NCBI GenBank assembly: GCA_017654855.1
Contig: JAFMPO010000001.1
Span: 496,001-560,000 of the forward strand
Direction: 5' to 3'
Origin: Podospora anserina
Taxonomy: Eukaryota
DNA: 64,000 nt
The notes beneath the pieces were generated by a model. It was not told the DNA's origin, ran no database searches, and saw nothing but the letters and a program-made list of their open reading frames with translations. The position numbers were made by a program, and so were the translations under genes. Positions 1 to 13,195 of the stretch are shown here, piece after piece (the first letter of the stretch is position 1; the number at the start of each line of letters is the position of its first letter).

Positions 1-468
1 GGGGTTTTGTCTTGGTCCTTTTGCCGGTCGTTTTCGACAAAGGGGCGCAGATAGCCGGCGTAGGAAGGGGAGAATATATCCTCTATGAAGAAGTCTGAGA
101 ACCAGGGCAAGGCCTCACGCTCGAGGATGCGGCTGGCGAGTAGCAGGGGTTGGTGGAGTTCCGGGATGAGGACCTCATCGGAGGGGCCATCGTCGCTGGG
201 TGTTGATGGTGCTGGGATCCAGTTGCTGAGGATGGGATGGACTTCGCCAGTGAGGTCACACGGGGAGGTGATGTTTGTTCCTTTGACGAGTCAGCACTTT
301 TAAGCTCGAGGGCAACGAGAGGCAACGCAAATTCTCACGAATGGCACCGCACAGTTCCAACTCGGTTTCGTCCCAGTCTTTGCCTTCGCCGTGGTTAGCT
401 GGCCCCTCGTCGGAGCCATAATCTTCTTGAATGGCCTCATCAGGCGGTTGGTAGTATATATGTGACAT
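1..468 (-). CDS. Hypothetical protein, 5' part (runs off the left edge); intron 281-338
   Basis: ATG at 468. Removing the GTGAGA...GCTGAC...AAAG intron joins MSHIYY...GAIR to TNITSPCDLTGEVHPILSNW...LLLASRILEREALPWFSDFF, which stays open to position 1. Confidence 0.7.
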
Positions 469-803
469 TGCAGTGGTGATTGCTAGACATCTTGGTGATC
501 GGCAGGGGGCCTGTCAGCTGTAGATTTGATGTTTTACAAGACGGGCGGAAGTCATCAAGGTTCTTTGTTGTCTCGGATAGCCCAAATCCAAGTGGAATGT
601 GAGGTGCGGTCAAACAATGCCGTGCGCATCTCTAACCGTTGGCTCACCAAGCGAGCAATGGTGGCGTTGATCCCTCCTTGTTCTGAAAACGGAATCTCCG
701 TCTCTAGTAATTTCTTGATTATCTTCACCACACCAAGAATGCCATTGTCTAGGTAGGTATTACTCGATATTTTTGACTTTTCTCTCCAAACATCCACCAC
801 GAC

Positions 804-1783
804 CTAATGCTCGTACTCCATCTCCTTGCCCTTCATCAGCGCCCAAAACTCCTCCACAATCTTCTTCTGCTCCTCCTCCCCACCTTGCCTAACAGCAATA
901 TACTTCCTGTCATCCACCGCCGGATCCCACACCCCCGGGTTCCCGCCCGCCATCCTACCGCCCGCTTCCTCAAGAATACACCACCCAGCCGCCACATCCC
1001 AAGCATAACACCCCCCTTCCCAGTAAACATCCATCACCCCCGCCGCCGTATAGCAAATGTTCAGCGCCGCGCTCCCCATACTCCTCACCGCACCAGCCAT
1101 CGCACCGCCCGTCGCCTTGGAAGCCGTCAGCTCCTTGTACACCTCCAGCTTCAAGTCAAAGTTATGCCCGTCCCTCTGACTCCCGAACTCAATCCCCACC
1201 AACGCCGTCTCCAAACTCCCCAGCTTCCTCCCAGGCCTCAACGGCAATTGCTGCGGCTTCCCCTGCCCCTGACCAGGTGCCAAAGAAAAGTTGTCCACCA
1301 TGAACGCACCCTGTCCCTTGATCGCAGAGAACAAGACATCAGAGAAGGGGTTGTACACCACGCCCACCTGGGGCTTCCTGCCCAGGGTGAACCCCAGCGA
1401 GATGCAAGCAAGCGGGAAACCGTGGATGAAGTTTTGGGTCCCGTCGATCGGGTCACAGATGAAGGTGGGCGCGTCGGTGACCTTGGTTACCCCCTTGACA
1501 TAGGACTCCTCGCCGACGAAGGAGAAGGTGGGGTATTCCTTTGTGAGGATCGAGTTGACGAGGTCCTCGATGCGCTTGTCTGTTTCTGTGACTACGTCGA
1601 CGGCTGAGACGACGGGGTCAGTAAACGGTGAATAGTGCTGTAAGTTGACAGAGGCTGAATACCGTTCATCTTCTCGTCTGTCTCGAGTTCCTTGCCGGTG
1701 GCATTGCGCATGATCTCGCCTGCCTGGCGGGCGATGGCAATGAGGGAGTCATGGATGGCAACGAGGTTGATGCTGTCTGCCAT
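804..1783 (-). CDS. Inositol monophosphatase family protein; intron 1604-1662
   Basis: The spliced protein has DVVTETDK, GEES, CDPIDGTQNFIHG, RSMGSAAL and WDVAAG, the IMPase/FBPase-fold motifs. Confidence 0.93.
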
Positions 1784-2480
1784 TTTGAAGGTGTTTGCAC
1801 TTGGACTCACTAAAGAGAACGAGCTTTGTATAGGTTGAGTAAGTGCCCCTATTTGTGTGCTGAGACCCAAGTGACCCCTGGAGTTGTAATGTGAGGTGAG
1901 GTTGCGGGGGTGGGGAAGCTTCCCCAACATCAATGTCAGGGGCTCCACTCGAGGTTTGGCCGCTCAAGTCGATAAAAAGGCGGAATGGTCACTCGTCAAT
2001 TGATGCATCAGAACATCAGATCAAGAGCCAATGAACCCTGCTGTTAGTCTTGTTGGTTGGTTCAAGACAAAGAAAGTGAGCTGCTCCCACCATAAAAATG
2101 TACAACCTCGGGCAATGCAAGGCAATGGGCGGAGCGAGTTGCCCAAGTGATCATACATGAGATGCAATTTAGACCTCACAGATATGCGGCTCCTGTCCAA
2201 TACCGATACCACGTGGGCCTATTCTCATAGACTCGATCATTAACAACCATAAGTACAAGAAAAGGAATACAAACTACCAACGGGGATCACGAGAACAAAA
2301 GCGAACCAGCCAGCCATCCAACTCCCCATGCTTTGATGTGCCTACCAACCCATCCTTATCCATATTCAATTACTCGGACTGTACCTCCCTTCGGAGAATA
2401 AAGAGACAGATTGTTCCTTCGATCATTTCCACAATTCTCACAGTTCCATCCCTGGCCCCATTTCTCCTCCTTGAACACAT

Positions 2481-3246
2481 TTACATGTTCTCCCGGAAAA
2501 TGGATCTCCTCTCCGTGGGGCTGTTATCCTCCTGCTGCCTTCCTTGTTGCCCTTGCTGCTGCTTCCTCGCCGCAAAACTGGTGTCAACCGCCATCGGCCT
2601 CGGGGACACCCCTCTAAGCGAAATGTTGCTCGGCTCGGCATCGTCCCCAAACGGATTTGGCTTCAGCTGAGGCTGAGGCTCTCGCTGGGTCGACCTTCCT
2701 CTTCTCTCTTCTTGCTCCTCAGGATCACGGGGCACATTCATCTGATATCCCTCCCCACCTGTAGCAGCTCCTGGCGGAGGTAGGCGGAGTCCCAGTTCCC
2801 GCTCTTCTTCATAGGGGTTGTAATCGCCCACACGGGCATCCCAGGCAGAGTCATCAAGTGATCTGAAGCCTTGGCCGCCTCCACCGGAGTACCCTGCGTT
2901 GTATGAGGAGGAGCCTTCGTATGCGCCGGCCGCGGTGCGGGTGTTGCGGGCCTGCTTGATCTGGCGCAATTTATCGTTGAACCATCCCTTGATGCCGCCT
3001 GGTGCGGGAGTTGGGCCGTATGAGGAGGACGACGAGGATGCAAGAAAGGGTATGTAGGAACTCAAAGGGGGTGGTGGGAGCTATAAGACACAAGCTGTCA
3101 ATGGACGGGTCACAACTGAAGCTGGAGAAACACAGAAAACATACACCTAACCGTTGCGCCCTAATTCGTGATAAGACAATCCATCCAACCCCGGCTGCTA
3201 TTAAAAGCAGAATAATCACCAGGATGGCAATGCCTGCTGGGTGCAT
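2481..3246 (-). CDS. Fungal single-pass membrane protein of unknown function; intron 3081-3144
   Basis: N-terminal TM segment (GIAILVIILLLIAAGVGWIVL), then RAQRLG|LPPPPLSSYIPF across a GT-AG intron and a disordered tail ending SPTERRSIFRENM. Confidence 0.8.
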
Positions 3247-4299
3247 CTTGTGTGTCTGTGGTTCGGTTGTCCAAACTCGATCGATAGAGTGCGACAAACG
3301 TCGATGGTAGAATATTGTGTCGTCGTTAAGCCGTGGTGTAAGGGTCAGGCGATCGATGCAACATTGACATTGGCAGCTTCTAGAGTTTCCAAAACATCCA
3401 AAGCGACGTTGCGCTCTCACCCGGATCCAGTCGGCCGGTTTGACCAGGAACGAGACGCAGTAAAGCCGAGCGGGCGTACAAGTGGTGTGCGTTTGCGCGT
3501 TGCGTGGCAGTGGGCAGGCAGAGTGAAACAGGAAGAGCTGGCTGTGATAGAGGCAAGGTTTCGATGCTAATCGCTATGAAGGCCAGGAGAAGCAATGGTG
3601 GGAAAAAACGCAGCGCAACAACCCACAACTTGCAACGGTTGCCCTGTGTAACAATTCTTCTCACCTTTCCTTCCCTGCTCGTTCCCGTCGCTCCGCGAAA
3701 AGTCACTGCAGAAGTCTCTCGTTTTTTGTTCCCGAAAGCGCCGCCGCGGCCGAAAGCAGCGACGCAACCAGTTCCACCTTTTCCCCTCCGTTGCCGAGCT
3801 TCTCAGCTGCCCCGCTATCTGCCAAGAGTATCCAGACCGCGCCGTGGCGGAGAATGACGAAAACCAAGCCTCGCCAAGAGATGCGATCTGGGTGGATACG
3901 TAAAGACCCCTTGGGCTTCATGAAATGGAGCTTCATGAAGAGGAAAGATGGTTCGGGCATGCTGGCAACCACGCAAGCTCATTTTGGCATTCTGATGTTC
4001 TAGGAGGTTATGAAGCTTGGTACGACCCTGAAACACGAGGCCTCAACTTCAATCGCACGATAGCATGGTCCAATCTCGGACTTGAAATCCAAGCCCAGCT
4101 TCCATATGTACTGCGCAAAGCCACTGTCCTCCTCACCCTCAGCCGCACTTCACTGCCCTTACCCACGGTCCCCTATTCGTCTGGTTGTCAAGGGCCATGA
4201 TCTCATACACACCATTACCATAGACTGCGACACCCAATCATGATATACTACAAGGGTATCTACGAGATATGCAAAGACAAATCATCAATCATTTCGGTG

Positions 4300-5893
4300 C
4301 TAAGCCCAGCACTCTCCCCATTTCCCGCCCTTCCTCGCAAACTCCAACCCTTCCACAAACTGATCCAGGTTACACCTCCCAAAATCATCAGCCTCACAAT
4401 TGTGTGGCTTCACCACTCTCCCGTTAACCAGGATCCTAACCAACTCTTCCCCGTTTCCTTTCGTCCCTCTACAAACCATCTTCTCAACATATATTCTGGC
4501 CGCAAAGGCTACCGTCCAAGCAGCACTAAACCCTCCTGCATCTTCCGGTTCCTGTCTCGTATTGTTATTCAGGGGCTTTACCCCATTATACACTCCCAGC
4601 GCTCCCAAAATCCCCATCATATCATTATCATGGCTGAAATCGGCATACAGTTCCCTATCCAACGGGAACGTCTCCGGGCTCTCGTCCAGCGTCGAGTTCG
4701 TCGTCGTGTGATCCTCCACCGGCCTCCTCGTCAACCTAGCAATGAGCTCATTCACCCAGCCCACCCCCTGCGTAGGACCGAGCGGGTTCCCGGGACCATA
4801 ACCGTAGTATTTCCCTAGTGACTCGTAGTAATCGTACAACTTCCATTCCTCTTCGGTGAACAAATCACAAAAGGGGGACAAGACACCGGTAGGCGAGGCA
4901 ACGGTGTTGAACGGGCAGAGGTCCATCAAGCTGATCAAGTCTTCATTTGTGAGGTTGACACCGGGGAGGTTGGCGTTGATGCGGGCGTTGATGGGAGGTG
5001 CAAATGTCGCAAGGTAGGTGGCCTGGGCGGAGTCGCCTACCTCGGAATATTTCCCTCCTTTTTCGAATGCGTCGCATAGGCCGTGAGAGAGGGTATTGTT
5101 GAGACCCTTGGCCTCAGATATCTCAAGGATAGGAAGAGGCTTGTGAGGGAGGTTGGACGATTCATCCTTCTTGAGAGCAGTGTTGTAACCTTGAGTCCAG
5201 TTTTTGGCAGAGACCACCACTCTGTTCTGGTCCGAGGCGCGAACAAACGGAACTGATTTGCTGGCAAGGGATTGGTAGCGGTTGTAGAACTGGAGGCCTG
5301 AGTTGACCATTTGGCGCTCGCCGAAGAGGGTGAGCTGGTCTGCGCCGAGACCAAATTTGTAGGTCTTGAGAAACTCGAATCCCGATCCATAACGTTCGGC
5401 ATTCTCCTGAATCCGGTTGACGAGGTAGATGTACTGGACCGACTTTCCAAGAGTTGGGTCCCTGGCACCATGGCGAGAGAGGACCTGCGCAAAGGTCAAC
5501 TCGCAGTCTTGGGGAATAGCTGGGTCGATCTCGGAAGGGACGGCAAAGTACGGCGAGTACTGTCCCCATGAGTGGGAAATATTGGCATCACATTGGAATC
5601 CCAGATCTGGGGTATCGCACTTGCGCAAACGACGCGGTCGGCCGTTGGAACCGTCTGTTGCCTGACTGTTCAACAGTTAGTGAGGTTTCTAGAAGAAGTG
5701 GATTCCCGACTTACATGAACAGCAGGCCCAGGATCGCCAGAATAGTCACAAACATCGCAACTATCAGCAGTCGCAGTTTGCGTTTGTGCTCATGCTCCCG
5801 GAAAACCCGTCTCTGTCCAGCAGATAACTCATCCTCCGGAAGTGAAGTATACTCAGGCCTTCCACCCGGAAATAACGAACGAATCCAATCCAT
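4300..5893 (-). CDS. Histidine acid phosphatase / 3-phytase with N-terminal signal-anchor; intron 5666-5714
   Basis: Motifs RHGARDP (RHGxRxP), FSHDNDM (HD), WGQYSPYF and LGPTQGVGW. Exon 1 encodes a hydrophilic stretch, KRKLR and a TM helix. Confidence 0.93.
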
Positions 5894-7565
5894 AGTCGCA
5901 GTCAAAGTAACATGAGCTCAAAGGTTATAGGTTGGGGTCAATGGGTAGACCGGTCGAGATCCATCACGAGAGCCTCCTTCCGAATGTAGATCAGGTTGAG
6001 ATGGAAAGATACATTTGGAACGTTAATGAACGACCAAAAACCCTGCCACGTGGTTCAGGCATCAAATTCCAGTGGTCGGTTGCCAAGATGTCGAAAGAAC
6101 GACAAACCTTCTGTGACGTTTCAGACCATGTGGCCCGTGCACAGCAGCTTAATCCCGGTATAAGCCACCCGCTGTCAACTTTCGAGAAGTTTTCCAGAAC
6201 ACCATTCGGTAGGGCATCAATAGGTCCCAACCCGCCAACGTCCTCGACCGAGATGGCTGGCTCATCGGCGACCGCTAGGCTATGCGACTAGGATCTTTGG
6301 AACCTTCGGACGGATTCGTCGAACCAATAAGACCTGTGACCTTCTGGCTCCTCATCACTTGATGGCCCTCCTTGTTCCTCCTGATCTGACACGACGCAAG
6401 TGCGCACATACCAGGTCCCACCCAGTCAAGCGATGACCGAGTCACCAGCTGCTCCCAAGAAGTTCGCCTTACGAGATGGAAATGTCAAGCCTTGCTTTAC
6501 GGGAATCTGCTGTCCGATCTTAGGTCATATAGGCTTGACGTTCCCGTCAACACCCACCATGAAGCTCAGCGGCCGCCAAAGGTCCGATCTGGTGGCTCAC
6601 AGCCACTTGTCAACAACATGATCATGGCACTATTTTCTCACCACTGTATAGCCACCACTTATGTTGCGTAGGTCCCTGCCTTCTTGACGAAATATCACCG
6701 CTCCTAAAAAGCAAACTTGATTCATAGGTACCTGACCTTCATACAATGCATTCTGTTGCCCTGTTCATGTAGCCAATCATTGTGTAAATCATATTACGAA
6801 GAGGTATAGCAACCAACAGGACGGTGCAATTCAGCTCTCTTCTTGAATTCTGGTTCGGTTTTGAGTTTAAAACTATGATTTGATCAAACATCCTCTCGAG
6901 GACTTTTTGATGGCTTTTGTCAAGTGCCACCCTCACAGCACCCTCAGTACCCCCACGCCGCTCGATCAGTAGAGTTAGGAAATTCCCAAGGCTCTAACTC
7001 CAAACTGTCACGGCTGTATTGCATCAATTAAACTCCGATGCATCCTCACGGCGTCTGTCTCTTTGACAGCGCACCTCTGCCTCAATTGTACATTTCCATT
7101 AATATGTGACACAAGTGACCTACCCGCCCGGCCAAGAAACATGTCGACAGGGGGCGGCGGCAGGCCGTCACGGCGACCCAAAAGTGTCTGATATTGACGC
7201 AGGCGTCTATTCTTGCATCACACAAAATTATTGTAACAACAGCGTCTAGGGAAATTACACCGTCTTTTCGGATTTCCAGATCCAGCCCTCAAGGTGCGGT
7301 CAAAAATGCTACCTAACAAACTATACCTAATATCACAAACAGAGAAAAACAAGAATGGTATCATAGAGTTCAAGATAGTAATACAATGGAATCAATCATC
7401 CCCCATTAAAACCCCTTTTTTGTTGTCAAAACCACCCATTACAAAGTATTCCAAAAGGTCTCCCAGGCTCTGGCCTCCCTACCCCCACCCCCCCCAAAAG
7501 TTGCCTATTCTGTAATGTCCAAATGCAAATGTGAATTGAACCGATGCAATAAAATTCCCCAAGCC

Positions 7566-8154
7566 TCAGAACGCAACACCCACACTCAACGGCCTGTGTC
7601 CCTCCATCCCCATCGGAACCCCCAGCCCAACCGCAGGCGCAATTCCCTTCTCCATCTTCATCTTCGGGGGTGGTGGGCTAGGTTGGAATGTCCTCGACTT
7701 GGCTTCCTTCTCCTCAATGTCCTCCACCGCAAACCTCACCCGTTGACTGAGCGGGGGTGTCTGCTTTGGCGTCTGTGTCTGCTTCACCCTCGGGCTGGAG
7801 CCAGGTGACCAGTTTGTGGTGGGGGCAGTCTTGGTATCTTCTTCCTCGGAAGTCGTCTCGTATGTGTAGACTGAGCTGGAAGTCTCCATGCTTGTTCGCG
7901 GCAGGCCCTCGGGCGGGGCGACGCACTGGTAGAAACCATCCGTCTCCTTGATGGGGCGGGGACTGGTGGTGACCAGGGTTGACTCATCGATGCTTCCTTC
8001 TCTGGTCGCGGGCTTTTGGAAGTTGTGCTGCTCGTCCGGGTTGAATAGCCAGCTAGAAACGCGGGAGAAGGACTTCTTCTTGCGAAGGGGAGGGCGGAGA
8101 ATAAGAGGAAGGGGTGGCGCCAGAGGTCGGTCGAGATAGCTGTAGTCAGTTTGG

Positions 8155-8191
<37 letters not shown>

Positions 8192-9287
8192 CGGTAACCT
8201 CCTCATCATCGTAACGGGAGGGGCTATAAGGGGTATGTGGTGGGTGGGAGTTAAAGGCCGCTTGGGCCAACTCCATGGTTTTTCTCTGTGTATAAAGGTT
8301 GGGGCCGGTGTTTGCAGGCGCGGTGCTAGGCCGATCGGTGCTCAGTCTCTCGGCAAATGATGGAGCAGCAGCGGGCATCGCAGGAATGGAAGGAAGCGGA
8401 TACAAGTCCTTCGGATCGATAGCCGTTGATGGCCTGCTGCCCAGGTAAATACTCTGTCTCTCAACAACCGAGTTGATCTCCGCCTGCAGCCGCTCCTTCT
8501 CTACCAGGGCGCTGGCGATGCGCGCCACGATTCTCTCGGTATTGGGGGCCGTGGAAGCACGAGCTCTGGACTTGGGCGGGATTCTCGGCGCTGTCATGAC
8601 GGTAGACACATCGGATCCGGCAGAGCTTTGACGAACGTGCTTCCGCGGAATGTGAAAAGACATGACTGAGTAACTCCGTTCTGGGGCACCAACTGTCGTT
8701 GTGCTACTGGCATCCCACCGTGAGCTATTGGCCGTGTGAGCACGCGGCGGTGGTGTGATGAAATTCTCTCCACGCTCAAGGTGAGGTAGGATGGGCGTAA
8801 GTCGGTTCTTTGGTGCGTAGATACTGAGCTCGAGTGGCCGAAATGAACGAACCCGCTGACGAGGAGCTGGCGGTGGTGTTGGTGTCGGATATTGGAACGA
8901 CTCGGCAGTTAGATGTCGAAAGTTTGTTGGGCCCGAAATTTGGAGCCGGCGAGTCGATGATGAAGTTGATGATGATGCGGGCTTCGAAAACCAGTTTCTC
9001 ATGGAAGCATTATCCCGGCTGTACCTGCGCCCGCGGCTATGGTCCCTTTCCCTCTCCAACGTCCTTTCGTATGTCTTCTCGCTGGGCCACTGTGGCCCTG
9101 CTGTTGGTGCTTGAATGGGAGCAGGTTGATCTCGTAGCACGACGATCTTCCTTTCTGCGGTGCCTGTTACGTTTAGCATCCTGTCTGTAACTATTCCCAA
9201 GCCTTGATTCGACTCACTCGGGCGATCCTCCTCCTTGTCCTCAGCGCCGCAGCAGAGTGTAACGGAGCTAAACCACGAGGCAACCAT
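7566..9287 (-). CDS. Hypothetical Ser/Pro-rich fungal protein (573 aa)
   Basis: Long uninterrupted ORF with short motif-like blocks (ISGPTNFRH, FRPLELSIY, LRKKKSFSRVSSWLF, C-terminal SVGVAF). Confidence 0.8.
8154..8189. repeat. (GTT)12 microsatellite encoding poly-Asn
   Basis: Perfect trinucleotide run inside the 7566-9287 CDS. Confidence 0.95.
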
Positions 9288-11464
9288 GATGTAGATTGTG
9301 GTACTGAAGGTTGTAGAAAAAACGGATATTATAGAGAATGAGAGCTTCTCATTCCCGCCTCACAAGGGAAGAAACGAATGACGACCAGCGACCAGCGTAA
9401 CACGTCAACTACCGTGACCCAGAAAAACAAAGGAAAGATGAAGGATGAGAAAAGTCCATGACGGGACCCAAGGTGAGGAAGAGAATGGAAGGGGAAAAGT
9501 GTTGTACACCAACGGCGCGAACGGCGGTGGCCATCTTTACATATGTTCCCGTTCCTACAGCAAGTCTCAAGAGTACATGCAGTACACAGTAGTAGGCAAA
9601 AGAGACATCATCTGGCAGGTCCGTCTTTCTCACTTCGGCTGAGTTTGCGCTGACCTAGTGGTGCGTAGCGGCCAGAGGTGAAGTTGCAGGAGGCGGCATC
9701 TGATAGGCTGAGATGGGCCAGGCCGAGGAACCAACTGGCGCTTACAAAACCGGGGTTCGGTCATGTATCGGATGGCGGCGCTACACACCAATACACATTG
9801 TGGGTGTAATGTCGTCCAGTCGCGTGCCGTTGTGAGTGCCGCACTGCGCGTCAATGTCTCGGTCTTTTCTTGGATGTGAGCAAAAGGTGACCAAGGTAGC
9901 AACCGCATTGCCACATTCTATCACGGCCTCGCGGGAAAAGGGGCTTGAGAGGAGTGCTTGGCCTGGTCTCGTGGGTCGCCTTGCAGTCTGCAATCGACCC
10001 GGAGGAACACAACCTATCCGAGTCCGTCATATAAGAGGAGGCCATCTTCACCGGGCAGCACTGCTATTTTGTTCTCGGATTTGTCGTCATGAAACTGAGC
10101 CTCACGGCACGGGTGAGAGTCGATCATCGTTGGCCCGGGAGTGACCTCGATCTCAGGCCTCCCGTCCGGGTCCGAGATGCTAATTTTTGTTGGTCCTATG
10201 CTATTTCGACAGTCTTAATCATTGTGAACTCTTATGCCTCATGATCAACAAGCAGCTCGAGACGCCTTACGCTGCAAGGCACCGTAGCACCAAACGGCTG
10301 GGGCGTTTTCCTTTCCACCAGACACATGCAGCTAGTAGTTGCTATGGGGGAGCGTTTAACCGGGGAAAGGAAAACAATAGGGCTTTTTTGCCCCTCGAGA
10401 AGGAGATGGCCTATCATTTGCTTTCCGTCGCATCTGTCGTGCGTCCTTGATGCTTGTGTGGAATAGAGGCCGAGCGAGGCAAACACGGAGAAATAGCGCT
10501 GGTGTAAGGACAAAACTATATGTGGCAGACAGTGTAGTGCCCGTTGGGATAGCATATAAGGTAGGCGAGCTGCATGAAAGAAGCACCGCAGAGAGAGGAG
10601 GGCTGTTTCTCTGTAAACAGATTTTGGCGCCCTGAGGCTGAACAATATCTTCAGTTACTGAAGTGATGAGGTAGTGTAAAGCGAGGGCGCCAGAAAGCAA
10701 CCCCGGCCGCTAGGATCCAGTGGCTTGGGACGCTGCCCCGATGAGACAACATCCACAAAAACGGTGTTAGCGCATCAAGAAAGAACCACAACGGGCTTAC
10801 CTAACACGCATGCCCACGGGCATGCAAGCTTTATTCATGAAACTGGTTGTGTGGATTGGGTTTCGGGGTAAGATGGGATACAGATAATAATCAAAAATCC
10901 TGCCTTGACCTCCACTGCTTCTTTCTTTCCCCCCTCCCCGCTTTCACCAAAATGGTGGTGCGTTTCTAAACATCGTCTTCATGCGGGGGCTGACGAAGTC
11001 TCACAGCTCAGAGCAGCCACAATGTGGCTCTGTGGCGGGCTCTTGGCGGGCAGGTCCCCAAGTCCTGGTTAGATAAGAGGAGCTGACCATGCCAATCTGG
11101 AAATCTGGCCCAAGCTCTCCATTGCCAAGGCACGGTGGGGCAGCTACTGGCACAGGCCAGTTTGAAACTTTGGGGAAGCAGGGGTCATTGAGAGATACGT
11201 GTACGGAACTTGACCTTAACCTTTCTTGCAGAACGCAAAAAGTGCCAGAACCAACATCCCACCTATTCTCCGAGAGCATCAGCACGGCATCGCAGAAGGA
11301 GCAATCGTGATCCCGACACTGGCACTTGGTCCATTGGTTTCGATTATACGAACCGTTTGAGCAATTGGACGCAAACACGAGCTCGCGACTCCCCTCCGTC
11401 ACCCCTCCCGCACCGCATCGCCAAAGGATCGCAACGAGCGCAACTCGGATAGACACAGTCCACC

Positions 11465-12789
11465 ATGCAGGCCCCTCCTCCAAATGGGCAAATGCCCATG
11501 CCCACCCCAGAACAGATCCAAGAGATGCAGAGGCGACTTGCTGCCGATGCTCAGGCTGCCGGCATGACAGTTCCAGAGTTCATTGGTGAGATTCCGGTAA
11601 ACAGCTAAACTTGCGACTTGAACGAAAAGCTGACGCGAAACAGAACACATCAAAAGACAGCAATATGAGCACATGATGAGAATGCAGCAGCAGGCCCAGC
11701 AGCAGCAGCAACAACAAGGCGGCGGTGGTCCTCAGCAGCAACATCAGCACCAGCACCAGCATCAACACGGCCCCCCAGCCCAAGCCCAGCCAATTGTTCC
11801 CGGCCCTCCGAATCCGCTCGCCCTTGTGCTGGCCAAGTTCCTTCGCAGCCAGGAGCTTAAGCCACGCACAGTGATTCTCAATGGCGAGCGCAAGGACATG
11901 TTCAGAGTACGACTAGCCCAATCGCTAGTTCAAATCCCTTCAGATCGCTAACTTGGGTGGTTAGGTCAAACGTGCCCTTCGCGCTCTCCAATCCGATGCC
12001 TACAAGAAGTTGCGTACCAAGAACCCTGCTCTTCCAGAGATCACCGATCGTGCCTCCCTCGAGAATGCTTTCAAGCTCCTTCCCATGTCCATGCTTGCTC
12101 TCCGCGTCGTCCAGATCGACGAGCACGAGGGCCATGACCACGCCCCTGCCAAGAAGAGCAGCAAACGCGTCAAGGGTCTCTGGACTGTACGCATTGAACC
12201 TCAACAAGAAGCAGGCGATGATATGTACTACGTTTGGCTCTGGGAAGGCAGCCAGGTCATGCGCAAGGTCTATGCCGCCCTTGCTCTCCTCATCATCTTC
12301 ACTCTCGTCTGCTACCCTCTCTGGCCGGTCAAGCTGCGCCAGGGTGTGTATTACCTCAGTTGGGCTTTCCTGGTCTTCCTGGGTTTGTTCTTCGCCATGG
12401 CTATCTTCCGTGTTATTCTCTTCTGTGTCACCTACTTCGTTTTGAAACCCGGCTTCTGGCTGTTCCCTAATTTGTGGGAGGATGTTTCTGTGGTGGACAG
12501 TTTCAAGCCTGTCTGGGCCTGGCACGATGTAAGTTTTTTCCTTTCTTATGCCTTGCATTTGGAGTAAATGCTAACACAAGCACGACAGCCCAACCCTAAG
12601 AAGAAGAAGAGCAAGAAGGTCAAGGCATCAGCCACTGCTGGAGCAACTTTCTCGGCTGCTACTGGCCAAGCTGCCCCTGCTACTGCTTCTGTAAACTCCA
12701 CAGCTACTCAGATCGCCTCTGGCCCGACTCCTACACAACGTAGTTACCTGGCACCGAGAGTCGAGGAGCTGGAGGATGACGAGGAGTAG
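11465..12789 (+). CDS. SEC62: ER translocation protein Sec62; introns 11586-11643, 11907-11964, 12529-12588
   Basis: RKDMFR|VKRALRAL, YYVWLWEG, two TM helices (YPLWP...GVYYLS, AIFRVILF) and GFWLFPNLWED. The N-terminus has a poly-Q/QH tract. Confidence 0.93.
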
Positions 12790-13195
12790 ATAAAGTAGTT
12801 GGGAAATACGGAGGCGGGCGTTTTGGCGTGGATAATGGTAGGATAACCCTAATGGGTGGATGGTTAGGAGGCTACCCATGGATGATGATGAATACTCAAG
12901 CCTCGGTTCAATGTTCTGAGCAGGAGAACAAAGATGTGGCTTTTCAAGTTTCTGTGACACGAATGTGGGCGGCCATGTGTGCTTTATATTACTGTATTTT
13001 TTAGTTCTGATTCTTCTTCCGTCACCACATTCACATTTGAGAGTCAGCATAATTGATCCTGGGCTGTCACCAAAACATTAGTGATCCATTTCGTCGGTAT
13101 CACCAATGCGCCTACCTACATCTATGTAAGCCGATCCGCCGCTCTCTAATGACCACTTGCAAGTTCCTATTGCGGTAAAGGCCGGTCAGACTGCC

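Noticed and set aside
12844-12852. TAACCCTAA, resembling a telomerase RNA template or telomeric seed
   Set aside because: A single 9-mer in the ~400-bp gap between convergent genes, with no room for a telomerase RNA gene.
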